In this document: positions 19,265 through 29,113 of the stretch, piece by piece
Numbering within the stretch: the stretch's first letter is position 1
Layout of the letters: each line of letters opens with the position of its first letter
NCBI GenBank assembly: GCA_947478005.1
Contig: CANJVG010000003.1
Location: 6,696-70,695, forward strand
DNA from: Bacteroidota bacterium
Lineage (GTDB): Bacteria; Bacteroidota; Bacteroidia; Chitinophagales; LD1
Length of the DNA: 64,000 nucleotides
Direction of reading: 5' to 3'
Notes under the pieces: generated by a model
Told to the model about the DNA's origin: nothing
What the model saw: the letters and a program-made list of their open reading frames with translations, nothing else
The model's database searches: none
Translations under genes and position numbers: made by a program

Positions 19265-20068
19265 CTATGCTTTTGCTCTCTGACGCACAGCCTCGAATAA
19301 AAGGATTCCTGCACTTACACTAACATTAAGTGAATCTATTTCGCCTAACATTGGAATTTTTATTTTTTGCTCTGCAGCATTCAGCCATTCTTTACTAAGT
19401 CCGGTTGCTTCAGTACCTACAATAATAGCGGCAGCGAATTTAAAGTCTTGCTCGTAATGAAATTTTGTTGCCTCCAACTCCGCAGCATAGGTAGCAATGC
19501 CCTTCTCTCTTAAAAAATCAATCGCCTGCTCTGTTTCACAAACAGCAATGTGATTTGTAAAAACGGTTCCTACACTTGACCGAATAACATTGGGATTAAA
19601 CAAATCGGTTTTTGCATCAGTAATAATAATTGCGTCAACTCCTGCAGCATCACAAGTCCGCAGCATAGCCCCCAGATTCCCTGGTTTTTCTACGGCTTCT
19701 ATTACCAAAATCAAAGGATTCTTTCCAAAGACAAGATTGTCTAAATTGAGTTTTTGTGGTATTGCCGTGGCAATAATACCCTCGGTTGAATCACGGTAAG
19801 CTAATGAGCGATAAACTTCGGTCGAAATTTTCGTGGCCAGAGTAGTATCTCCCGGCTTTGTCAACTCGCTTAATCGGTACTCTTTTGATTCTTTGAATAA
19901 TTCCTCACATAAAAAAAGAGAATTGATTTTGTATCCGGCTCTCTTCGCCAAAACTATTTCGCGGAGCCCCTCTATTAAAATCAAATTCTGCTCTCTCCGT
20001 TCACTGGCCTTTTCGAGTTTCCGTAGATTTTTAATTGTCGGGTTTTGAAGACTGGTGATTCTTTCCAT
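19265..20068 (-). CDS. TrmH/SpoU family RNA methyltransferase
   Basis: ITSLQNP, EKPGNLGAMLRT, GTEATGLS, IPMLGEIDSLNVSVS motifs. Confidence 0.95.
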   Translation of the reverse strand: MERITSLQNPTIKNLRKLEKASERREQNLILIEGLREIVLAKRAGYKINSLFLCEELFKESKEYRLSELTKPGDTTLATKISTEVYRSLAYRDSTEGIIATAIPQKLNLDNLVFGKNPLILVIEAVEKPGNLGAMLRTCDAAGVDAIIITDAKTDLFNPNVIRSSVGTVFTNHIAVCETEQAIDFLREKGIATYAAELEATKFHYEQDFKFAAAIIVGTEATGLSKEWLNAAEQKIKIPMLGEIDSLNVSVSAGILLFEAVRQRAKA

Positions 20069-20109
20069 CGGGCACAAATCTATTAGTTATTATTATTTTG
20101 CGCATCAGA

Positions 20110-21132
20110 ATGACAGTCAATAATCAGCCTAAAATTTCTTTCTACCACTACAACGAAAAAGAATGTTTGTTCGAGGAAAGCGCGATGCTAAATTCTTGTG
20201 CAGAACAAGAAACAGAACATCACGTAAACTGGCTAAACATCGTAGGTATTCAAAACAATGTGGTTGTGCATTCTGCAGCCGACCTTTATAAAATCCATCC
20301 ATTAGTAGTAGAGGATATTCTACATGCCAATCAAAGAGCCAAGTTGGAAGATTATGGCGATATGATTTATGTAGTGCTTCGAATGTTTGTGTTGATAGAT
20401 GGCGAAGTCACCGACCAACAGGTGAGTATGGTTCTTAGAGATAATCTCCTTATCACCTTTAGAGATTCGGATTACGGGATATTTAAAAAAATGGTTGGGG
20501 ATAAGCTCGTTTCGGGTGCGGGCAACCTTCGTAAAAAGGGTGAGGATTATCTCCTTTATTCTATTCTTGATGTCATAATAGACCAATACTATTTGGTACT
20601 AGAACACGTAAGCAGCCAAATTGAACACCTTGAGCATGAAGTATTCCAGAATCCCCAAAACGAACACTTACTTAGATTGCAACGGCTGAAAGGCGAGGTG
20701 CTCTATTTACGGAGGCACATCTTGCCTGTTCGCGATTTAATTCAGAATCTTTCACGTTTTGAAGTAAGTTATTTCGATGCTGACAACAAATACTATTTAC
20801 GTGATTTGCAGGACCATGCCACCCGCAACTCAGATGAATTGGATTTTCAACGCGATCAATTAAGTGGCTTAATGGATCTATACTATTCCCTACAAAACCA
20901 CAAGATGAATAATGTGATGAAAACCCTTACTGGGGTTTCATTTGTTTTGCTTCCCTTAAATTTTTTAGCCAGCTTATACGGCATGAACTTTAGCCATATA
21001 CCTCATACTGATGATGAGAATGGTTTCTGGGAGGTTGTTACTGTTATGGCCTTTATCGCGGTTATTCTTACCTATTTTGCCTTCAAGCGAAATTGGCTCT
21101 CTATTCAAGATTTTGATAAAGATATCGAATGA
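20110..21132 (+). CDS. corA: Magnesium/cobalt transporter CorA
   Basis: IHPLVVEDI, QRAKLEDY, MNNVMKTLT and YGMNF signature with two C-terminal TM helices. Confidence 0.95.
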   Translation: MTVNNQPKISFYHYNEKECLFEESAMLNSCAEQETEHHVNWLNIVGIQNNVVVHSAADLYKIHPLVVEDILHANQRAKLEDYGDMIYVVLRMFVLIDGEVTDQQVSMVLRDNLLITFRDSDYGIFKKMVGDKLVSGAGNLRKKGEDYLLYSILDVIIDQYYLVLEHVSSQIEHLEHEVFQNPQNEHLLRLQRLKGEVLYLRRHILPVRDLIQNLSRFEVSYFDADNKYYLRDLQDHATRNSDELDFQRDQLSGLMDLYYSLQNHKMNNVMKTLTGVSFVLLPLNFLASLYGMNFSHIPHTDDENGFWEVVTVMAFIAVILTYFAFKRNWLSIQDFDKDIE

Positions 21133-21704
21133 AAATTGGTCTCTTTTTCGGCTCGTTCAACCCAATACATAATGGTCATTTAATTATAGCCAACTATGTA
21201 TGTGAAACTACAGACCTAGATAAAGTATGGTTGGTGGTTAGCCCTCACAACCCACTAAAGCAAAAAGAGTCCTTGTTGCGCGAACAAGATCGCCTTCATT
21301 TGATAAACCTAGCCATAGAAGACAATAAAAACCTAAAAGCTTCCAATATTGAGTTTAAACTACCAAAGCCCAGTTATACTATTGATACACTTACTTACCT
21401 GAAAGAAAAGTACCCACAACACGTCTTTTCTTTAATAATGGGTAGTGATAATTTAGAAACACTGCATAAATGGAAAAACTTCGAACTTATTCTTCAGAAC
21501 TACCCTATCTACGTATATAACCGAGAGGGTTCGGCAAAGAATCCCTTTCCAAACAAACCGAATATTCACTTTCTGCACTTCCCATTTCTTGATATTTCTG
21601 CCACTTTTATTCGAGTAAACCTAAAAAAGGGTACTTCCATGCAGTACTTTCTACCAGATCCTGTTTGGAAATACATTGATGAAATGCACTTGTATAAAGT
21701 ATAA
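21129..21704 (+). CDS. nadD: Nicotinate-nucleotide adenylyltransferase
   Basis: GLFFGSFNPIHNGH, PSYTIDTL, MGSDN, WKN, ISATFIR motifs. Confidence 0.97.
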   Translation: MKIGLFFGSFNPIHNGHLIIANYVCETTDLDKVWLVVSPHNPLKQKESLLREQDRLHLINLAIEDNKNLKASNIEFKLPKPSYTIDTLTYLKEKYPQHVFSLIMGSDNLETLHKWKNFELILQNYPIYVYNREGSAKNPFPNKPNIHFLHFPFLDISATFIRVNLKKGTSMQYFLPDPVWKYIDEMHLYKV

Positions 21705-21710
21705 CAAGCG

Positions 21711-22111
21711 TTTTCCACACTGCCCGTTGAAATTATCCCTTTAAACCGTTGGTAAGTCTGCAAGAACTAAATTTTGAGGTCCGATTAAAAAACACATGTC
21801 CTCTTTTACGATCCCCTGCGATGTTAAACCGGTAGTTAATCCACAGGACTATCCACAGCATGTGGATTCAAAGTTATCCCTTTTCCTGTGTCAACATCGG
21901 TGTCCACAGCATGTGTATAAGCAGCCAGATTTCAATGATATCAAGGGTTCTGAACTTACAGGCCATGTTGATTCCTGCCTATTTCATTTTAGTAATGAGG
22001 ATTTCTAATTTTAGAGAAAGAAGTTTGTATAACAATTAACACAGCTAATAATAAGGGTTATAGATTTTATTTAATCATTTATAATTAATACAGGATGTTG
22101 ATTGTGTAAAA
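21711..22111. other. Putative chromosomal replication origin (oriC)
   Basis: Perfect TTWTNCACA boxes at 21711, 21912 (rev) and 22103 (rev); 1-mismatch boxes at 21837, 21849 and 22024 (rev); box pair followed by GC-TAATAATAA and an AT-rich tract. Confidence 0.7.
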
Positions 22112-22206
22112 AACAAGTTTTTACAGTAACCTGATTTTTTGTTTTTACGTATATAATCAAAAGGTTTGCCCAACAATAAGAAAACCAATTGCAGCGTTAT
22201 CTGTTT

Positions 22207-22992
22207 ATGAAAGGAATGAAACCGTTTTTACTCTTACTTGTTTTCGGAATAACCTCTGCATTTATGCCGGGTAGTTTTTCTTTTGAGGACATGCAAAAGA
22301 ATTACGAGAGGGTTAATGATGCCTATTCGCGCAAAGAGGAATACTTTAAAATGAAATGTCGCTCTAAAGAAATTCCGGAAGAAACTTTTGGAAATATGTT
22401 TTTAAGAGTTTTTAAGCAGGAAGCTATAATGGAAGTTTGGGTTCAGAAACCTGACGGGAAGTATGTGAAGTTTAATGAGTTTAGCATTTATGCTATGTCG
22501 GGCGTGTTGGGACCAAAAAGGGTACAGGGAGATTGTCAGGTACCAGAGGGGTATTACTACATCAACGATTTTAATCCTGTAAGCAATTATCATTTATCGC
22601 TTGGAATCAATTATCCTAATGAATCGGATTTACGTTTAAGTACTGCAGCTCATAAGGGTGGAGATATTTATATTCACGGAGGACAGGCGAGTGCCGGATG
22701 TATGGCTATGAGTAACTATTATATAGAGGACATCTATATTTATGCCGTGAAGGCCAGAAACCAGGGAGAATACAAAATACCGGTTCAGGTTTTTCCTTTC
22801 AAACCTACAGATGCTAATATGGATTATTACTCCCGCCTGCGAGAGTTCAGTAAAAACGGAAAGCTTTGGAAGAATATGCAACAGGGTTACACCATGTTTG
22901 AAAAAACCAAACGTTTACTGGAAGTTTATGTCGGCTATGACGGATACTACAGATTCATTGATCCTGCTTCCGTTTCTGCTTCGGCAAAATAA
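22207..22992 (+). CDS. L,D-transpeptidase family protein (YkuD/YafK-like)
   Basis: GPKRVQGD.QVPEG.Y, YHLSLGINYPN and IYIHGG..SAGC catalytic motif; N-terminal signal sequence. Confidence 0.92.
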   Translation: MKGMKPFLLLLVFGITSAFMPGSFSFEDMQKNYERVNDAYSRKEEYFKMKCRSKEIPEETFGNMFLRVFKQEAIMEVWVQKPDGKYVKFNEFSIYAMSGVLGPKRVQGDCQVPEGYYYINDFNPVSNYHLSLGINYPNESDLRLSTAAHKGGDIYIHGGQASAGCMAMSNYYIEDIYIYAVKARNQGEYKIPVQVFPFKPTDANMDYYSRLREFSKNGKLWKNMQQGYTMFEKTKRLLEVYVGYDGYYRFIDPASVSASAK

Positions 22993-23029
22993 ACATACCA
23001 ACTCTTATCCCTTCTTTTAGTTTCGCGGC

Positions 23030-23668
23030 ATGAAGATTCTCAAAAGGTTTTTATTGTTCGTGGTCGCCTTTGCGGTGTTTTGTGTAGCCTATTATCAAAT
23101 TTGGTTTTTGCGCCAGCCAGCTAGAAATATTCCTAACAGCAATTCGGTTTTTGTTGCACCTGCCAATGGAAAAATCGTGTCGGTAAGGAAGTGGAATACA
23201 GAAAGCCTGATGGAGCTGAAAGGAGAATTGGGAGTTATCAAGGTGTGGACAAAAGATGTGGATACTGCAGGAACTATAATATCCATTCAGATGGACCCGA
23301 TGAACGTGCATTACCAGCGCGCACCGATGGAAGGAAAGGTGGTGAGTGAAAAATATACCAAGGGAAGTTTTAATAATGCTGTGGTGATGAGTAACGAATA
23401 CGGAATTCGTTTTGAGAATGAGCACAATGAGTTTTTACTGGAGACCACTACCGGAAAGAGATATAAGGTGATTCAGATTTCGGGTTTCTTAGCCAGAAGA
23501 ATTGTGGACTATACCAAACCAAATCAAACAGTTAAACAAGGGGATGTTATTGGTTTAATAAAACTGGGCAGTCAGGTAACGGTTATTTTGCCACATGATG
23601 TGACGGTGGTAGCAAAGACCGGAGAAGTAACGATTGACGGTGAAACCGTGATTGCTACAGTGAATTAG
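23030..23668 (+). CDS. psd: Phosphatidylserine decarboxylase family protein
   Basis: VAPANGKI, NVHYQRAP..G, QISGFLARRI and KLGSQV self-cleavage motif. Confidence 0.88.
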   Translation: MKILKRFLLFVVAFAVFCVAYYQIWFLRQPARNIPNSNSVFVAPANGKIVSVRKWNTESLMELKGELGVIKVWTKDVDTAGTIISIQMDPMNVHYQRAPMEGKVVSEKYTKGSFNNAVVMSNEYGIRFENEHNEFLLETTTGKRYKVIQISGFLARRIVDYTKPNQTVKQGDVIGLIKLGSQVTVILPHDVTVVAKTGEVTIDGETVIATVN

Positions 23669-24557
23669 GTTTTCGGCTCCAATAAAAAGCCAGGGCACCA
23701 CCACTTACCAGGTGCCAAACACCCCAACTGGCGGCAACGATAGCCATACCTCCCATACCATTGAAGAAAGTGAAGATTAAAATTAAACCAAGACCGGCAT
23801 TCTGAACTCCGGTTTCGATGGTTATGGTTTTGATATCACGAAAATGCAATTGCATCAGTTTAGCAAATAGTAAACCACCACTTAACGCTACAGCATTGTG
23901 AATGACAACCAAGGGCATGATAGTGGTGAAGTAGGCGATAAAGATTTTTGCATTGCCGGCAAACGCAGCAATTAGGAAAACTGCAAAAGCCAGCAAAGAA
24001 AATTTCTTCATCACCTTGCTTAGCTTTTCTGCCAGAGCTGGTTTTGCGTAATTTAAAGAGATGCCTACCACGAGCGGAATGCCAATAACGAAAACAATTG
24101 TTTGAAACACATCGAAGATATCGAGGTGAATTGTTTTGAGCAGAGCGGCTGTTTCGGGATTTAGACCACCATACAACGAAAAGTTGAAGGGAGTCATAAC
24201 GATGGCGAGGACATGCGAAACTGAAGTAAGCCCAACCGCCAGCGCAGTGTTTCCTTTTGCGAGGTGAGTGAACATATTACTCATGTTGCCACCGGGGCAG
24301 GCGCCTACGAGAATCATTCCAAGAGCGATGGACGGTGGCGGATGCAGAATGGTAACAAGACCAAAGGTGAGAAGCGGCAACAAAAGAAAGTGAGCGCTGA
24401 GACCCACGAAGGTTGACTTCTTGTTTTTCACCAACAAAACAAAATCTTCTTTCCTGAGCTCGAGCGCAATGCCGAATAGAATCAGCCCAATGATGATGTT
24501 GAGTATCATCAGGCCATTGGGGCTGAAAGAAATTTTGAGGGTGTCGAGTTCGTTCAT
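23655..24557 (-). CDS. Bile acid:sodium symporter (BASS) family protein
   Basis: ACPGGNMSN, AKGNTALAV and IETGVQNAGLG motifs. Confidence 0.93.
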   Translation of the reverse strand: MNELDTLKISFSPNGLMILNIIIGLILFGIALELRKEDFVLLVKNKKSTFVGLSAHFLLLPLLTFGLVTILHPPPSIALGMILVGACPGGNMSNMFTHLAKGNTALAVGLTSVSHVLAIVMTPFNFSLYGGLNPETAALLKTIHLDIFDVFQTIVFVIGIPLVVGISLNYAKPALAEKLSKVMKKFSLLAFAVFLIAAFAGNAKIFIAYFTTIMPLVVIHNAVALSGGLLFAKLMQLHFRDIKTITIETGVQNAGLGLILIFTFFNGMGGMAIVAASWGVWHLVSGGALAFYWSRKPNSL

Positions 24558-24567
24558 GCTTTATAGG

Positions 24568-25614
24568 TCATGCACTCCAGCAAACCAAAATCTCGCGTTC
24601 GCCTTCATAGGGCAGACGACCATGGGAAGTGCTGAAATTATCAACGGCTATTACATCGTTTTTCTTCCACGGCAGGATGACCATGTTTTTCCAAATCACT
24701 TCTTCAATGTGTTGCATGTAGCTATCGGGCACCGGTGTGTTATCGCCAAATAGCACGTTCATGCTTTGGTCGATAGGCTTGGTGTGCAGCGATTTTATTT
24801 TCACCATGGCCGCAATCAATGTTTTCCAGAAAAATGTTTTGGTGCGCTGTTGCCGCGCATGAATGAATTTATATTCCACCGGTGCGCTGGCCGGGTGAAA
24901 CACCTGCGAGTGATTGAACCAAACAGTTTCACCCGTCACCGGATGCTTGATAGTAGCGGGAGTAAGATGAGTCAGGCGTAGATTATCATCCTTCATCCAC
25001 TTAAAATCAATTTCCTGTTCGCGACATTGTTTTTCTACTTCGGCTTTATCGTTGGTATGAAAAATCTCGTTCCACTTTTTTAGTTGAAACAGATTGAAGG
25101 GATTGTTTATGGCAGGGTTCGAATAGTTGCGCACCGTCAACACACCCTTCTTATCAAACTCATCGCGAATTTTCGGATTCATATCGGCATACACTTTCCG
25201 GAAATTGCACAGGGGCGATTCACCACCATAGGAAGGTTCCACGTGGCAATAAAAAAAGATGCTGATGGGCGGGTGCTTCACATAGGTCATTTCGCAATGT
25301 TGCGGAATGGGGTAGTAGCCCGGCAGCTCGCTGGCGGTGTAAACGAAATTGGTATCCTTTACAATATTGCGCGGTGAGGTGCCGTAGTAATCGTTGCGCA
25401 GGCGATTGTCCACCTGCATCGAAACATCTTCAAAGGCCTTGGGTGTATCAATATCGAACCCGCGAAAGAGAATAGCCCCATGCTGAAAAAACTTTTTCTC
25501 CAGCTCGGCTTTGTTGCTCTGCATCCACTGCAATAACTCTTGTTTGGAATTGCCGCTTCCATTCGGCTCAATGATGAGCGGAAGCTGTTGCGCGTTGACG
25601 AAGGATTGTTTCAT
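24568..25614 (-). CDS. TauD/TfdA family Fe(II)/2-oxoglutarate dioxygenase (SyrP-like)
   Basis: HGAILFRGF, IPQHCEMTY (HxE), HPVTGETVWFNH, DN....HGR.PY.G.R motifs. Confidence 0.92.
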   Translation of the reverse strand: MKQSFVNAQQLPLIIEPNGSGNSKQELLQWMQSNKAELEKKFFQHGAILFRGFDIDTPKAFEDVSMQVDNRLRNDYYGTSPRNIVKDTNFVYTASELPGYYPIPQHCEMTYVKHPPISIFFYCHVEPSYGGESPLCNFRKVYADMNPKIRDEFDKKGVLTVRNYSNPAINNPFNLFQLKKWNEIFHTNDKAEVEKQCREQEIDFKWMKDDNLRLTHLTPATIKHPVTGETVWFNHSQVFHPASAPVEYKFIHARQQRTKTFFWKTLIAAMVKIKSLHTKPIDQSMNVLFGDNTPVPDSYMQHIEEVIWKNMVILPWKKNDVIAVDNFSTSHGRLPYEGEREILVCWSA

Positions 25615-26058
25615 TTTAATTGGCTACTTGGCAAATTAGCGGATTAATTATGAATACTTCATCAACCGCCCCTCGCTTTTAATTATAACGAACGATTTCC
25701 GTCTGCCAAGCTCTGCATAATCATCGTTTGCTTGGTTCACAAATTCTTCCATCACTTCTTCTTAAAGTTCGCCACGTCAATAATAGAGGGTGCGTTCAAC
25801 GCGATGAAGTGCCCCAACTCTTCATGCCTCCCTTTAATGTCTTTCATCAAGTCTGTGAATTTAGCCGGATAGCCTTTTGGCAATGCAACGAAGACAGGCT
25901 ATCTTTCCATTAAGTCTCTCTCAGGAAGACAAAATCAAGTCATTTACTTATTAAAGTAAGTTATATACGTATGAAATTATTTTATTTTCTAGAAAAAGTA
26001 AAGTAGTTCAATGAGAATGTAACTAATTTTTATATGAAAATAGATTTAAGTTTTATGA

Positions 26059-26113
26059 AACCCACTAATTTACTTACAAAAGTTAGGAACTTTCATGAGT
26101 AAATTAGTGGGTT
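26059..26113. repeat. Perfect 16-bp inverted repeat with 23-bp spacer
   Basis: AACCCACTAATTTACT (26059-26074) and AGTAAATTAGTGGGTT (26098-26113), followed by TACATTTG at 26118-26125. Confidence 0.85.
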
Positions 26114-26326
26114 CTGCTACATTTGTGAAGCCTTAGGTTCAATAGACACAGACTTAGAGCATACTTTTGAATACTTTGTGTAAAAAAAGTGGCACTTTGA
26201 GCAATAAAACAGCAACTTAGTTCCGAAGAAGAGGCAGAAAAGGGAAAAGGAGACAGAAACAAAGCAAGCGGAAGATAACTCCGTAGAAAAGGGAGATCTT
26301 ATCGGCTAAATAAAAGGAGGTGAACC

Positions 26327-27046
26327 TTAGTAATAGCTGTAGGAAGTAGAATCAACCAATTCACCCTTGGCATTGTAGCCTACCTTTAGCTTCACAGCGT
26401 TTTTTTCATCCATCTGATAGTGATAGACAATATGAAAAGTATCGCTCGAAGTAGTTACGGCCGCCAAACCAACCGATTCCTTTAGCAGATATTTTGACTC
26501 GGGCCCCAGAAAGCCTAGCCCCGTGTTTGTGTTGGAAATGGTATTGGGTTTGTCAGTAAAGTAAGAATAGGAAACGATACTCTGCGGCTTGCCCTTTTCG
26601 TCAATCGAAGTGGTGTTCTTCAGATTATCGCCCGACCAGGTGTAATATGTCTGCCTCATCGGTTTACCACCCACATAGTTGGCCAACAGCGTTAACCGGC
26701 CCCGGGAATCATACATGCATTTATTATACATGATTCGTTCTATGTTGGCAGAAATAAGAATGACTAAGTTTTTATTATTCAGAAAGAACGTATCCTTCTT
26801 TACCTTGCTTTTTGGCGAACTGAAAAACTGCTTCACCACCAGGGTATCTATATATTCAAAAACGGTTTTCTCCCCTCTCGAACTCTGCACCTGCAGCAAT
26901 CTGCCCAGCGAATCATATTTATAATCATCCGAGATTCCGGTTCTAAGATTCACGCTTCGTTTTATCAAAGGTGTTTTGCTTTCGGTGCTTTGAAAAGCCA
27001 ATAACAAGAGGGAAAGAAAAAGAAATAGACTACTCAGCAATTTCAT
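26327..27046 (-). CDS. Exported hypothetical protein with YD-like beta repeats
   Basis: Signal peptide MKLLSSLFLFLSLLLLAF; YKYDSLGRL and MYDSRGRL repeats. Confidence 0.75.
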   Translation of the reverse strand: MKLLSSLFLFLSLLLLAFQSTESKTPLIKRSVNLRTGISDDYKYDSLGRLLQVQSSRGEKTVFEYIDTLVVKQFFSSPKSKVKKDTFFLNNKNLVILISANIERIMYNKCMYDSRGRLTLLANYVGGKPMRQTYYTWSGDNLKNTTSIDEKGKPQSIVSYSYFTDKPNTISNTNTGLGFLGPESKYLLKESVGLAAVTTSSDTFHIVYHYQMDEKNAVKLKVGYNAKGELVDSTSYSYY

Positions 27047-27210
27047 AACACAATGATTTTTAGTTGGTGAATGGAAGTAAAAATAAAAAAACGAAAACCT
27101 GCCCGTCAAAAAAAACGAAAGTCTGCCTTAACAAAACTCCGCAGCGCCCCCAATGAAAACCTTTGCCCTTTCCACATTTTCTAATAGTTTTGTCCTCTAA
27201 ATTTTTAATC

Positions 27211-27441
27211 ATGCAAGTTCAATATGCCATCTTTGGCTTAGGCACTCCGGAAGTAATTGTAATTGTGGTAGTCATCCTCATATTTTTTGGAGGCAAAAGA
27301 ATACCGGAGTTAATGCGTGGTATAGGTCAGGGAGTGCGCGAATTCAACGCAGCCAAATCCAACATCAAGACCGAAATTGAAGAGGGCATGAAAGATAAAC
27401 CAGCTCCAGCCAAAGAGCCGGTAGAAGAAAAAAAGGCCTAA
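27211..27441 (+). CDS. tatA: Twin-arginine translocase TatA/TatE subunit
   Basis: LGTPEVIVIVVVILIFFGGKRIPELMRGIGQGVREF. Confidence 0.95.
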   Translation: MQVQYAIFGLGTPEVIVIVVVILIFFGGKRIPELMRGIGQGVREFNAAKSNIKTEIEEGMKDKPAPAKEPVEEKKA

Positions 27442-27495
27442 TCACTACTCCAGTTTAAATCCTTAGAAGTATCAATTTTCAAAAAACAAATTGAG

Positions 27496-28938
27496 GTGGC
27501 AGAGTTGTCTAAAAAAACCATTCAACAAATTCAGGTTGATTTAAAATCGGGAAACACCAGTTGCGAAACCCTGGTGAGCGACTATTTGCAAAAGATAGAA
27601 GCCAACAAACACCTCAACGCCTACCTCGAGGTTTTTGGTGAAGAAGCAAAGGAGAGAGCGAAAGAACTCGACAAAAAATTGGCCGAAGGCAAGCCCACCG
27701 GAAAACTCTTCGGCTGTGTGATTGCCATTAAAGATAACATCTGTTACAAACAACATAAGGTTTCTGCGGGGTCCAAAATTTTGGAAGGATTCACCTCGCT
27801 TTATAGCTCTACGGTGGTAGAAAGATTACTGGCAGAAGATGCCATCATCATAGGCCGCACCAATTGCGATGAGTTTGCAATGGGTTCCAGCAACGAAAAC
27901 TCTGCTTACGGCAATGTGTTGAATGCGCAGGATAACTCCCGCGTTCCGGGTGGTTCATCGGGTGGCAGTGCCGTGGTGGTACAGGCAGGTTTATGCCAGG
28001 CTTCATTAGGTTCCGATACCGGAGGCTCCATTCGTCAGCCCGCAGCCTTTTGTGGTTTGGTGGGATTAAAACCCACTTATGGCAGAGTGTCGCGCTATGG
28101 ATTAATTGCCTATGCCTCTTCCTTCGACCAAATAGGTCCTTTCACACACAATGTTGAAGATGCAGCATTGCTGATGGAAATAATTTCAGGCAAAGACAAT
28201 TACGATTCCACTTCTTCTTCCGAAAAAGTTCCGGCTTACTCAGCCGAATTAAGCTTTGAGAAAAAAGCGCGCATAGCCGTTTTCCCAACCACGCTGCAAA
28301 GCGATGGATTGAACGCGGAAGTAAAAGCTACGGTAGAAAACATCCTGAGCGATTTAAAAAACGAAGGACACACCGTAGAGGAAGTAGGCTTCGACCTGCT
28401 CGAATATTTAATATCCACCTACTACGTCCTCACCACAGCCGAAGCATCCAGCAATCTGGCCCGCTTCGATGGTGTTCACTATGGCTACCGTTCAAAAAAC
28501 GCCAATGAGATGGACCCGGTTTACAAACGTTCACGCACCGAAGGCTTTGGCAAAGAAGTAAAGAACCGAATCATGCTCGGCACCTTTGTGCTTAGTTCAG
28601 GTTATTACGATGCCTACTATTCCCGCGCTCAAAAAGTGCGCAGAATCTTGACCGATAAAATCCGTGGCATCTTTAAAGAATACGATTTCATCCTGATGCC
28701 CACTTCACCAACCGTTGCTTTTAAATTTGGTGAGAAGACAGATAATCCCGTAGAAATGTATCTGGCAGATATTTATACCGTGCTCGCCAACCTCACCGGC
28801 ATTCCGGCCATTTCTTTGCCTTTGGCAGAAGATAAAAACGGCTTGCCGATAGGTGTGCAGATACTGGCCGATAAGTTTCAGGAAAGCCAATTACTTGCGT
28901 TTTCTGAAAAAATGATGCATATTGAATCTTCTAAATAG
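27496..28938 (+). CDS. gatA: Asp/Glu-tRNA amidotransferase subunit A
   Basis: IKDNI, NCDEFAMGSS, PGGSSGGS, GSDTGGSIRQPA, LARFDGVHYG, EVKNRIMLG. Confidence 0.97.
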   Translation: MAELSKKTIQQIQVDLKSGNTSCETLVSDYLQKIEANKHLNAYLEVFGEEAKERAKELDKKLAEGKPTGKLFGCVIAIKDNICYKQHKVSAGSKILEGFTSLYSSTVVERLLAEDAIIIGRTNCDEFAMGSSNENSAYGNVLNAQDNSRVPGGSSGGSAVVVQAGLCQASLGSDTGGSIRQPAAFCGLVGLKPTYGRVSRYGLIAYASSFDQIGPFTHNVEDAALLMEIISGKDNYDSTSSSEKVPAYSAELSFEKKARIAVFPTTLQSDGLNAEVKATVENILSDLKNEGHTVEEVGFDLLEYLISTYYVLTTAEASSNLARFDGVHYGYRSKNANEMDPVYKRSRTEGFGKEVKNRIMLGTFVLSSGYYDAYYSRAQKVRRILTDKIRGIFKEYDFILMPTSPTVAFKFGEKTDNPVEMYLADIYTVLANLTGIPAISLPLAEDKNGLPIGVQILADKFQESQLLAFSEKMMHIESSK

Positions 28939-29113
28939 ACAATTCAACAATTCACTCTTAGTAAACAAAACCCCCAAGCCGCTGCCTATCGCACCTTTCT
29001 ACTCTTGAAAATTTACATTAGCAACCAATAGTTCACAGTTATCAGTCGACAGATAGCCGCAGAAAAAACTGCACTACTTTCAACAGGTAATTGTTTGCCA
29101 TTAACTAAAGAGA

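Noticed and set aside
21796-22008. 70-aa ORF in the nadD downstream interval
   Set aside because: Its PQDYPQHV/PQHV repeats simply translate the DnaA boxes; better explained as oriC.
23655-23668. 14-bp overlap of convergent psd and BASS genes
   Set aside because: Short 3' overlaps are common and imply nothing special.
26059-26113. Invertible promoter
   Set aside because: Only 23 bp lie between the repeats, the -7 box is outside them, and no recombinase gene is nearby.
27496-28938. gatA without gatB/gatC
   Set aside because: Dispersed gat genes and tatA-gatA adjacency are ordinary in this phylum.
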